From a virus (lineage: Duplodnaviria; Caudoviricetes), in the IMG/VR virus record IMGVR_UViG_3300042885_001472: DNA of 64,000 bases; one strand, 5' to 3'. How positions within the stretch are numbered: position 1 is the stretch's first letter; the number at the start of each line of letters is the position of its first letter. A model generated the notes under the pieces. It made no database searches, was not told where the DNA came from, and saw only the letters and a list, made by a program, of their open reading frames with translations. The position numbers were made by a program, and so were the translations under genes. This document shows, in pieces, positions 29,178-38,483 of this stretch.

Positions 29178-30979
29178 AAATCTTCAATTATATTTTCTAT
29201 TATATTTTCATCATCAATATCACCAATTATGGTATTAATAATGGTTTTTTTATTTTTAAGTACACCCCACACCAAAGTATCAACTGTATCATCAAACAAT
29301 GGGTAGTATACAATTACATTTTTTAATTGACCAATTCTATAAGCCCGATCTTCCGCTTGTTCTAAATTACCTGGAACCCAATCCAAGGAGTTTATAATTA
29401 CGACTTCCGCCTTAGTTAATGTTAAACCTACACCAGCGGCCTTTATTTGACCAACAAATACTTTTACTTTTTCATCATTTTGGAAATTATCCACAGCTTT
29501 TTGTCGATCTTTTTCTCTGGTACTACCATCCAGATAGACACCTAATTTACCAAAATGTTCTTTAAAACATTCTAACTCTTCTCTAAAATTTGTAAAAATT
29601 AAAACTTTCTTACCATTTTCAATCGCGTTCTCCGCTATCTCAATGGAATGTTTAACTTTCTCTATGGCGATAAATTTCCTTAATAAAACTAATTCAACTA
29701 AATGTTTCACAACATTACCACCTTTACCTTGTAATTTTCTCCACTCTAAATATTTGTCAAATACTTCATCATACTTAACTCTATTTTCAAGTTCCAGATA
29801 TATTGGTTCAATAATTTTTTCTGGTAAATCTAACACATCTTCCTTCTTCCTTCTTAAAATAGTATTTTTAGTTCTTTCAGATAGTTCAACTAAATTGGAC
29901 GCACCATCACTTAACCAAATAGTTCTCAATACACCTTTAATCTTTGTTTTTATTTGTCTACCACCACAATATCTTCTTATATAATAAGACCAATCTGAAG
30001 CTATAGGTACTTTAATGAGATTAAGTAAATTGTAATAATCACTAGGTCTATTTGCGATTGGAGTCCCAGTAAGTAACCACATATATTTTGGGTTACATTC
30101 CTTAACGATTTCTTGTATAATTTTTCCACGGTTAGATTTTGAATTTTTAATGTAATGTGATTCATCCAATATAATTACATCAAAATTCTCATTAATAAGT
30201 TCTCGACTAATTCTTTTTGGGTTATATTCCTTACCCTTTTGTAAAACGGTATGGAAATTTTTAAGTATATCGTAATTAATAATTGTAAATTTAGCCGGTT
30301 CCCAATTACTACCCCTAATGATACTAACATCTTCTGGTTCAGTATAAATCTCAATCTCTCGTTGCCAATTAATTTTAAGTGAAGATGGACACACAACCAA
30401 TATCCTTTTAGCCCCTGTTTCAAGGGCGGCCATAACAGATGTGGCCGTTTTAGCTAAACCCATATCTAAAGCCAAAATACATTTTTTTCTATCTAATAAG
30501 AATTTAACACCCTCTTTTTGATGATCAAAGTATTTCCTACCCAACTTATCCATTTCTTCATACTTATCAAAATCAATGGTGACATCATCATATTTAGTGT
30601 ATAAATCATCAATTAATTGGGTTTTAGGTAACCAAAATAATTTAATATCCTCTTGGTTTTTATAAAACTTACCTAAAACATGATACGCTTTATCACTTTC
30701 ACCAATAACACTTTCAACCATAATTTTTTCCGGAACTTTTTTTAAATTATATTCCTTTTGAAGTTCATTACCGAAAAATGATGTTATACCTACAATATTA
30801 TTAATTTTAACAATATCTCTGTCATAATTTTTACTAATATATTCTAATTGAGTTTTAGTTAATTGATGATTACTAGAATTTACCTTTTTTTTCAAGTAAA
30901 TAATATATGGGTTAAAACCACTATATAATAGTAATTTATCCGTAATTTTTTTTATTTTAATATCTTCCGCTTGAATCAC
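29174..30979 (-). CDS. SNF2/SMARCAL1-like helicase (probable GTG start 30979, not 31078)
   Basis: DMGLAKT, ILDESHYIKN, LLTGTPIANRP, GVGLTLTKA, QAEDRAYRIGQ; the 31078 start overlaps the divergent gene at 31035. Confidence 0.93.
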   Translation of the reverse strand: MIQAEDIKIKKITDKLLLYSGFNPYIIYLKKKVNSSNHQLTKTQLEYISKNYDRDIVKINNIVGITSFFGNELQKEYNLKKVPEKIMVESVIGESDKAYHVLGKFYKNQEDIKLFWLPKTQLIDDLYTKYDDVTIDFDKYEEMDKLGRKYFDHQKEGVKFLLDRKKCILALDMGLAKTATSVMAALETGAKRILVVCPSSLKINWQREIEIYTEPEDVSIIRGSNWEPAKFTIINYDILKNFHTVLQKGKEYNPKRISRELINENFDVIILDESHYIKNSKSNRGKIIQEIVKECNPKYMWLLTGTPIANRPSDYYNLLNLIKVPIASDWSYYIRRYCGGRQIKTKIKGVLRTIWLSDGASNLVELSERTKNTILRRKKEDVLDLPEKIIEPIYLELENRVKYDEVFDKYLEWRKLQGKGGNVVKHLVELVLLRKFIAIEKVKHSIEIAENAIENGKKVLIFTNFREELECFKEHFGKLGVYLDGSTREKDRQKAVDNFQNDEKVKVFVGQIKAAGVGLTLTKAEVVIINSLDWVPGNLEQAEDRAYRIGQLKNVIVYYPLFDDTVDTLVWGVLKNKKTIINTIIGDIDDENIIENIIEDL

Positions 30980-31034
30980 AATAATAATATGAATTTGATT
31001 GTATAAAACAATATTTATTAATAAATAATATAAT

Positions 31035-31553
31035 ATGTCATTGAACAAAAATAAAGTCCCAATCACTAGATTAAACAAATTTTTTTCACAGGAAGATTTT
31101 GGTTTAGAAATAGATATGGGTAGAGAATACCTTGAAGGTGATTTAAATATGTCAGTAATTTTGTATCGTATTGATCCAATAGCTACTAATGTTGATTCAT
31201 TATATGGTGAAGTTAATTCATCAGAATTAAGATTTTTACCACCGGTAGAGTTAGTTGGTTTAATTAAAATTGAACTTCCTGAGAATAAAACGTGGAGTAA
31301 AGGTGGTCTTAGAAACCTTGAACCTGGTAAATTAACATTTAGTTTATATCAAGAACAATTAGATGAATTGGAAGTGGATGTTAAATATGGTGATTATATA
31401 GCGTATCCAGAAAATGAATTCACAATAAAATATTTTACGGTAGTAAATGATGGTAAAATTATATCTGATAATTCACACACAATTTTAGGTTACAAAGGAT
31501 TTTATAGAACAATTATTTGTACACCAGCTTTATCTAACGAAATCCTACCTTAA
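31035..31553 (+). CDS. Neck/head-closure protein, T4 gp14-like
   Basis: VILYRID...DSLYGE....RFLPPVEL, VKYGDYIAY, YFTV; lies directly before the gp15-like gene. Confidence 0.65.
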   Translation: MSLNKNKVPITRLNKFFSQEDFGLEIDMGREYLEGDLNMSVILYRIDPIATNVDSLYGEVNSSELRFLPPVELVGLIKIELPENKTWSKGGLRNLEPGKLTFSLYQEQLDELEVDVKYGDYIAYPENEFTIKYFTVVNDGKIISDNSHTILGYKGFYRTIICTPALSNEILP

Positions 31554-31582
31554 CATATTTATATAGTAAACAAATAATTAAA

Positions 31583-32611
31583 ATGTCTTTACCTAAAAAA
31601 TTTTTAACAAATATAAATATTAATCCACCTAAAGAAGGGGTTGAAAGAAGACAAGAATGGTTGGATGGTATTTCCGATAATGGAACTTATTTACCAAGAG
31701 GAATTACCCATGAGGATATGGATAAAACATTTAATGATTTTGTTGAAAAAGATTTAGAAATATCTATTGATGGTCAAAAAGTTCCGGTTTATTTAATTGG
31801 TATTCAAAGATGGGTTGAGTTTGTAAGAGATTGGACTAATGTTGATGAATGGAAAAATGTTAAATTACCTTTTGTAACTATTACTAGAAAACCTGACGCC
31901 CAACGTGGTGAAAATCAAGCTGGTTATTGGAATATACCTGGGACACCTACATATACATATATGAAAGTACCAACATTTAATGATGGTGTAAAAGGATTTG
32001 ATATGTATCAAATACCTCAACCAGTACCAATTAATTTAACTTATGAAGTTAGATTTTTTTGTAGTAAAATGAGAGATCTTAACCTTTTGAATAGTAAGAT
32101 AATGAGAACATTTAAATCGTTACAAGCTTACATTAAAGTAAATGGACACCCAATGCCATTGATATTGGAATCAATTGGTGACGAAAGTCAAATTGAAGAT
32201 TTTGAATCAAAAAGATATTATGTTCAACTTTATGAAATTAAATTACAAGGATATCTTTTATGTGAAGATGATTTTAAAGTTATCCCTGCGATAACAAGAA
32301 ATATGAATTTAGTGGAATTAGATGAAAAAGTTAGTAATGTATTACTTAGTAAGAAATTTTTACCAGATGGTGTTTCAATAATGTTAAACATTGTTTTTAG
32401 AACAAATAAGAATAGTGTTAATATAATTTTAAATGAATCCGCTACTTATAACGCGATTTCAACAGTAAATATTAATAGTTACACATTAAGTGTGAATGGT
32501 ACACCAGTCACAGCCCCATTCCCAATAAATGCGGGTGACGAATTAGGTATTCATATAGTACGAAATACTAACTATGAAGCGACAATTACTTTAAATGGAT
32601 TATTAATATGA
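31583..32611 (+). CDS. Tail terminator/sheath stabiliser, T4 gp15-like, with C-terminal extension
   Basis: KLPFVTITR, PVPINLTYEV.F...KMRDLN.L. Confidence 0.7.
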   Translation: MSLPKKFLTNININPPKEGVERRQEWLDGISDNGTYLPRGITHEDMDKTFNDFVEKDLEISIDGQKVPVYLIGIQRWVEFVRDWTNVDEWKNVKLPFVTITRKPDAQRGENQAGYWNIPGTPTYTYMKVPTFNDGVKGFDMYQIPQPVPINLTYEVRFFCSKMRDLNLLNSKIMRTFKSLQAYIKVNGHPMPLILESIGDESQIEDFESKRYYVQLYEIKLQGYLLCEDDFKVIPAITRNMNLVELDEKVSNVLLSKKFLPDGVSIMLNIVFRTNKNSVNIILNESATYNAISTVNINSYTLSVNGTPVTAPFPINAGDELGIHIVRNTNYEATITLNGLLI

Positions 32612-32964
32612 GTAGTAACGGATGTGGTACTAATGGTGAAATAATTAAAACATATATTATTGATGATTACCCATCAGCTTGTGATGTAGTAAATACAGAT
32701 GAAATTAATTCGTGTTCTTTAACTGGTATTACGTTTAGTGACTCATTATTACCCATTAACGATGGTATAATTGATTTAGGTACACCAAGTAGAAGATTTA
32801 GAGATGTTAACACAGCTAGTGGGACAACTACAATATGGACAGCTACTGGGATAATTTATACACCAATTTTAGATTTAGGTTTAGATCTAAGTGGTAATAC
32901 AAGACAAATAACAGCGGAAAATTCAATAATTCAAGACGATATTTTAAATGGCGGTACTTGGTAA
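32608..32964 (+). CDS. Small structural/fibre-associated protein
   Basis: DLGTPSRRFRDV, C-terminal LNGGTW. Confidence 0.6.
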   Translation: MSSNGCGTNGEIIKTYIIDDYPSACDVVNTDEINSCSLTGITFSDSLLPINDGIIDLGTPSRRFRDVNTASGTTTIWTATGIIYTPILDLGLDLSGNTRQITAENSIIQDDILNGGTW

Positions 32965-33000
32965 AAATTAAAAATTAATGATATTTAAATAAAATAAACA

Positions 33001-34551
33001 ATGGCTATAAGGAAAACGACACACATATTAAAAAATACCCAAACAAATAATAAATCATTACCATCAAATGGTATTGAAATGGGTGAACCATTAGTAAATC
33101 TATTTAATGGTATATTATATTTCTCTGGAACAAGTGGTGGGAATTTCACACCAAGTGATAATAATTCAACTTATTTTGAAGTTGGTTCTAATATCAATAA
33201 TTTAGTTATTAGGGATCAAATAACTTCTTATAGTGGTGTTACCAATTTAACCGGTAAATTTTTATCAGGATCAACAAATGGTTTTGTTTTAGCGGATATA
33301 ACATCAATCGCTGGTGTGGATAGTTACGTTACAGGTGTTACGTGGTCACCAAATACATTAACCATTAGTTTAAATAATGGTAAACCAAATGTACCGGTAA
33401 CTCTAAGTGCGTTCACTGATATTGATTTATATGGTAATAATGTTGTTAAAGGTAATTTAAATGTTACTGGTACAACTACACTTGAAAGTTTAAGTTATTA
33501 TAACCCCACAGTTTTAGGAACAAATCCATTAGAAATAACTAATGTTGGTTATTTAACTGGATATGTCAATACAAATGAAATTTATGTAACAGGTGGTACA
33601 GTTTCAGTACCAGCTACAAATAATACAAATTCAGCGACAATTGGATTATATTATAAAAATCTTAATATCCCACACACATTACCATTCCAAAATACCTATA
33701 CAACTGGTGGTACATATAATTCAGGTACATCTTCAATTGATTTTAAAAGAAATGATGGGGTAAATTATAGTGTAGATTTAAGTAATATAGATATAAATGA
33801 TACATATGTTACAGGTTTCACTTATAATGGAACTAATAATTCATTAACTATAAGTAGGAATCAGGGTGAACCAGATTTAACACAATATATAACATCATTT
33901 TCTGGTATATCTATTGGTAATTTAACTTCTGGTCAAGTTGTTTACGCGGGTGTTAGTGGAGAATTAAAAACTGATACTACCGGTGAATTCGCGTATGATG
34001 ATTCAACGAACACATTAACACTTGGAACTACTAGTGGTAACTTAGTTGTTAATAACGGACTTTCTGATGGTCCGGTAAAATTTGGACAAGGTGGTTTAAC
34101 TATTGGTTCAAACGGATCAATTAGTACCCCTGGTATTGGGGACTTAATAGTCCATGGTAATTTTATAGTATTTGGTACTGGTACAACTGTAGCTACAAAT
34201 GAATTATATGTTGAAGACCCACAAATAACATTAAACTATAATCCAACTGGTGACACTTCAATAACATCTTTAGCCTCTGGTATTAGAATTCAAAATGGAG
34301 CTGGATTACTATCCGGTATAACCTCTGGTGACACTTATTTTACTATCACCCAATTAAACACTTTAACTGGTTTAACAGGGACACAAATACCTGATGTTAC
34401 AGAATACACTGGTAGTGAAGGTTATAATAATAGGGGTTGGTTAACACAATTAAATGATATCGTTATTAGAAATACTAATTTTAACAATGGAGCTCCGAAT
34501 GGGGTAAGGGTCTTATGCGAATGGGATCGACTCGATGGGGGAACCTATTAA
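33001..34551 (+). CDS. Tail fibre-like protein
   Basis: N-terminal anchor (GEPLVNLFNGILY), DxYVTGxT repeats, LYVEDPQITLN, C-terminal LDGGTY. Confidence 0.7.
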   Translation: MAIRKTTHILKNTQTNNKSLPSNGIEMGEPLVNLFNGILYFSGTSGGNFTPSDNNSTYFEVGSNINNLVIRDQITSYSGVTNLTGKFLSGSTNGFVLADITSIAGVDSYVTGVTWSPNTLTISLNNGKPNVPVTLSAFTDIDLYGNNVVKGNLNVTGTTTLESLSYYNPTVLGTNPLEITNVGYLTGYVNTNEIYVTGGTVSVPATNNTNSATIGLYYKNLNIPHTLPFQNTYTTGGTYNSGTSSIDFKRNDGVNYSVDLSNIDINDTYVTGFTYNGTNNSLTISRNQGEPDLTQYITSFSGISIGNLTSGQVVYAGVSGELKTDTTGEFAYDDSTNTLTLGTTSGNLVVNNGLSDGPVKFGQGGLTIGSNGSISTPGIGDLIVHGNFIVFGTGTTVATNELYVEDPQITLNYNPTGDTSITSLASGIRIQNGAGLLSGITSGDTYFTITQLNTLTGLTGTQIPDVTEYTGSEGYNNRGWLTQLNDIVIRNTNFNNGAPNGVRVLCEWDRLDGGTY

Positions 34552-34581
34552 TGGTGGATACTATTAACTTTTTATTTTAAT

Positions 34582-34611
34582 AAAAGGATGGGTTATCTCA
34601 TCCTTTTTTTT
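34582..34611. terminator. Intrinsic terminator
   Basis: AAAAGGATGGG-TTAT-CTCATCCTTTT plus T-run. Confidence 0.85.
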
Positions 34612-34632
34612 ATTAAGACATATTTATCTTTA

Positions 34633-34670
34633 GGTTATATAACCATTAAAACATAAACTCTATATAGAGT
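34633..34670. repeat. Two TATATA-centred palindromes upstream of the GIY-YIG gene
   Basis: GGTTATATAACC (34633-34644) and ACTCTATATAGAGT (34657-34670). Confidence 0.8.
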
Positions 34671-34692
34671 AGAATTATTTTAAACCATCAAT

Positions 34693-35400
34693 ATGGCTGA
34701 TAAGATAAAAACACCTGTTATTTATAAAATAACAAATTTAATAACTAATAAAATCTATATTGGTAGTACTAATAATTTCCATCTTAGGAAATATACCCAT
34801 TTAAATCATTTACGGAATAATAAACATTGTAACAAAATATTACAAAATTCTTGGAATAAACATAGTGAAATTAATTTTAATTTTGAAATAATAGAACACA
34901 CTACACAAGATAATTTAATGATCTTAGAACAATATTATTTAGATTTATATAAACCATATAATAAAGATATTGGTTATAATATAGCTAAACTAGCTTGCCC
35001 TAATAATTCCGGTATAAAACATATTACTAAACAAATAGCTTGGAATAAGGGATTAAAATTACCGGCTTCTTGGAATAAAAATAAAAAATTAACTAAAGAA
35101 CATAAAGAAAAGTTGAGTATATCCGCTAAACTAAGGAAGAGATTACCTTGTTCTAATGAAACTAAAATTAAAATTAGTCTAAAACAGATAGGTAAAAATG
35201 GTAATAATTATGGTAAACCTACAAATAGAAAAAAAGTATATAAGTTTGATTTAAATAATAATTTAATTAAAGAATATGATTTTTTAAGTGAAGTAACCAA
35301 AGATGGTTTTAACTTTAAAAAAGTTAGTGCAGTTGCTTTAGGTAAGGGTAAAACACATAAAAATTATAAATGGTCTTACAACATTAACTATGAGTGTTAG
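34693..35400 (+). mobile_element. Free-standing GIY-YIG homing endonuclease (Seg/I-TevI-like) with NUMOD3/NUMOD1-like tail
   Basis: VIYKITN..TNKIYIGST, catalytic R/E/N positions, WNKG repeats, KVYKFDL.NNLIKEY...KWSY. Confidence 0.92.
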
Positions 35401-37771
35401 GAAAAATAAATTATTATTAAAAGGTTCAAATGTACCAGGTAAAGTACCTAGTGATGGTGATTTAGAATTAAAAGAATTGGCACTAAATTTTGCTGATGTT
35501 ATTTTATACGCTTCTGGTACTACCGCAAATTCTATAATACCAATCGGATGGGATCGAGTAGCTAGAACTGGTGATATTATGACTGGCACTCTATACGTAC
35601 CAAGTATATCTGCCACAACAATTTCAGCGACAACTTTCTATGGTGACGGACAATATTTAACAGGTATTAATGATTATTATGTAACAGGTGGAACTTTTAG
35701 TGGGACTACCTTAACATTAAATAGACAAGATGGTTCTATATTAGTAACTGGTTTTACATCTACTTCAGTTGATACATACACAACTGGGTTTACATATTCA
35801 AACAATAATTTAACAATATTACAAAATAATAACCAATCCCCATTAAATGTAAATATATCATTAATGACTGGTTTAACGGTTAATGGGAATTCTAATTTTA
35901 ATGTAGTAACCGCGACATCAGTTAGTAATTTAAATTATATTATTTTTAATACTGGTACAACAAGTGGTACTACCCTACCAGGTACTGTTTATTTTGATAA
36001 TACTGAAAAAGCGTTATCGTATAACACATCAATTAATCAAGGTGTTACGGTAAATTTAGGTCAACAAAATTATATACGAGTTTTTAATAATAGTGGTGTA
36101 GATATACAAAGGGGTAAAGCGTTAGAAATATTATCAGCCTATAATGGTTTACCATCGGTAATCTTAGCGATAAATAAACATGAAGGTTTTAGTATCATAG
36201 GTATGTCCGCTGAAATAATTCCTAATAATACTGAAGGGATTGTTATCACTAGTGGTATTATTAGTAATATAGAATTAACTGGTATGACGGTTGGTTCACT
36301 GATGTACGCTTCAGATAGTATTCCTGGTAATATAGATGAGGCTAGTAAATATTTCACATTTCCTTTAACCGCTAGAACAAATAGTGTTGGTTATGTTATT
36401 CAAACAGGTAGTACTACCGGAAAGTTATTTGTTAATATAGAAAATGAAAATCCTATACTATCTTTTACCGATTTAGAGAGAAATGTATTAGAAGGTAATG
36501 TTATATCTACAGGTGTATTTGAGTTTAAAGGTATTTCAATATCAACCGGTAATACATTTAATGTTGGTAGTGTAGAAGCTTATATAGTAGACAATACATC
36601 AAATCCATTAAAACCAAACGCTTTATATGTACCATTTATCGGTCAAAGTGGTTTAACTACACCCTATCTAACAACTGATACCGAAACATATATTTTATTA
36701 ACAAGTGGTGGGACAATATCATTACAACCAACATTCCCAACACCACAACAAAGAAGATTATCCATTTATTTAGGTAAATTAGGTCATGGTAATAAAACAT
36801 CACTTATTAACGCTTTTAATGAACCAGATTTAGATATTTCACCATTATCACAACTTCGTGATGTGTTCTCACCAATTAAACTTATAAATGATGGGGTTGT
36901 AAGTAGTCCAAATGGTGTTAATTTAAATTTTAACACAAGTGCTGGTTATATTTGGGGGTTAGGTATTAATTTCGTTAACGATGTTTTAAATCCAAGTCGT
37001 TTTACCGTACCTTCTAATAGTCCAACAACATTTCAATATAGAACACGGACTGGAGGAACAGCTTCAAATACAACTCTAGTTATACCAGGTAGTTATGATC
37101 TAAATGGTGTCATTACACCTGTTGGAACGCCCGCAAAACAAGCTACAAACCAAAGGATATTCTTATTACAAAATGGTCAAATTAGGTTACAATATGGTCA
37201 ACAAAAATATATTGATTTACCCACAGCAATAGCTGCCACACAAAATGAAAATTTTACGACATTTGCTAATTTTAGAGATAACGCTATTCTTATAGGTGTT
37301 TTATCATTACGTTCAGACGCAACTAATTTATCAAGTACTAGTCAAGCTTTATTTCACATAGTATCTAAATTTGGTGAACTTGGTGGTGGTACTGCAGGTA
37401 TATCTACAACAACACTTCAACAAGCCTACAATAATTCATCTAACCCAGAGATTATAACAAACCCAACACAAAATAGTGTTCAATTTCGTGGTGGCACTGG
37501 TAATGATACAGATAAAACTATTACACTTGAAAATAACATAGGTACTCCAACAGCTTGGATTTTAGGTGATGGTGGTGCCACGTTTAGTTCAGTTTCAGCG
37601 ACAACTTATTATAATTTACCAACAACTGTTGATACATATACTACTGGATTTACCTATTCAAATAACAATCTAACCATAAGTCAAAATCAAGGTCAATCTC
37701 CATTAACAGTTAATATTTCATCTATAACAAACTCAGCTACAAACTTATTTAACTATTATAATTTTATATAA
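35390..37771 (+). CDS. Tail fibre-like protein, 793 aa
   Basis: N-terminal anchor LKGSNVPGKVP..GDL...ELALN; internal cassette flanked by a 31-aa direct repeat. Confidence 0.7.
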   Translation: MSVRKNKLLLKGSNVPGKVPSDGDLELKELALNFADVILYASGTTANSIIPIGWDRVARTGDIMTGTLYVPSISATTISATTFYGDGQYLTGINDYYVTGGTFSGTTLTLNRQDGSILVTGFTSTSVDTYTTGFTYSNNNLTILQNNNQSPLNVNISLMTGLTVNGNSNFNVVTATSVSNLNYIIFNTGTTSGTTLPGTVYFDNTEKALSYNTSINQGVTVNLGQQNYIRVFNNSGVDIQRGKALEILSAYNGLPSVILAINKHEGFSIIGMSAEIIPNNTEGIVITSGIISNIELTGMTVGSLMYASDSIPGNIDEASKYFTFPLTARTNSVGYVIQTGSTTGKLFVNIENENPILSFTDLERNVLEGNVISTGVFEFKGISISTGNTFNVGSVEAYIVDNTSNPLKPNALYVPFIGQSGLTTPYLTTDTETYILLTSGGTISLQPTFPTPQQRRLSIYLGKLGHGNKTSLINAFNEPDLDISPLSQLRDVFSPIKLINDGVVSSPNGVNLNFNTSAGYIWGLGINFVNDVLNPSRFTVPSNSPTTFQYRTRTGGTASNTTLVIPGSYDLNGVITPVGTPAKQATNQRIFLLQNGQIRLQYGQQKYIDLPTAIAATQNENFTTFANFRDNAILIGVLSLRSDATNLSSTSQALFHIVSKFGELGGGTAGISTTTLQQAYNNSSNPEIITNPTQNSVQFRGGTGNDTDKTITLENNIGTPTAWILGDGGATFSSVSATTYYNLPTTVDTYTTGFTYSNNNLTISQNQGQSPLTVNISSITNSATNLFNYYNFI
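35768..37720 (+). repeat. 93-nt diverged direct repeat (35768-35860 and 37628-37720)
   Basis: VDTYTTGFTYSNNNLTILQNNNQSPLNVNIS vs VDTYTTGFTYSNNNLTISQNQGQSPLTVNIS. Confidence 0.9.
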
Positions 37772-37793
37772 AAATAAAAAAAAACAAAAAAAT

Positions 37794-38051
37794 ATGATGA
37801 CTTACACAGCACCAGACGGAACAATAATAGAATCATTACCATATCCACAAGAGGTAAATTATACCTCAATATGTGAAGGAATAGTTGATGGTATTTATTA
37901 TTCAATGGAAACAACAGGAGCAGCAACTATTATTGGAATCCAACAAATTAAGATTAGAAGATTTGTTGAGAATAACAATATGGACTTATCAATCATAATG
38001 AGCTCTGACGCAGAGTTGATTGAATATCAAAATAATAATAAATTAATATAA
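37794..38051 (+). CDS. Small hypothetical protein
   Basis: 85-aa ORF; GCA-rich codon block. Confidence 0.6.
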   Translation: MMTYTAPDGTIIESLPYPQEVNYTSICEGIVDGIYYSMETTGAATIIGIQQIKIRRFVENNNMDLSIIMSSDAELIEYQNNNKLI

Positions 38052-38057
38052 TATAAC

Positions 38058-38477
38058 ATGGCAGCAAATACAGTCCCTATAATGATTCTTAATGGTAATT
38101 TTATACCTGGTAGAATAGCAGCAGCAAATACAGCTTCAGATGGTTCTGGAGCATTGGTAATAGTAGTAACAGGTGGAACTGAAGGTTCTAGAGTAGATGG
38201 AATAAGATTTACAAACTCATCAACAAGTGCCTCAACAGCAACCGCTAAAGTTTTTAAAATATTTTTATCAGATACTAGTGGAGCCAATTTTAAAATTATT
38301 GGTGAAGTTATAGCAGCAGCTGTAACAAGAAGTAATACGGTGGCTGGTCAAACGGCTATTTATACTTTTGACCAAGCAATTATTATGCAAAGTGGTCAAA
38401 TTATATCTGTATGCCAATCAGTATACACAACAGCAGCAGACCAAACAGATGCTATTGCATTTGCAGGAAATTATTAA
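38058..38477 (+). CDS. Small all-beta structural protein
   Basis: 139-aa A/T/G-rich ORF preceding the spike-like gene. Confidence 0.65.
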   Translation: MAANTVPIMILNGNFIPGRIAAANTASDGSGALVIVVTGGTEGSRVDGIRFTNSSTSASTATAKVFKIFLSDTSGANFKIIGEVIAAAVTRSNTVAGQTAIYTFDQAIIMQSGQIISVCQSVYTTAADQTDAIAFAGNY

Positions 38478-38483
38478 TAGAAT

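Noticed and set aside
30980-31078. N-terminal 33 aa of the SNF2 ORF as called in the track
   Set aside because: Overlaps the divergent gp14-like gene and its upstream element; GTG at 30979 is more plausible
34552-35400. Group I intron around the GIY-YIG gene
   Set aside because: Flanking genes are complete with their own stop and start, a terminator intervenes, and no intron core was seen
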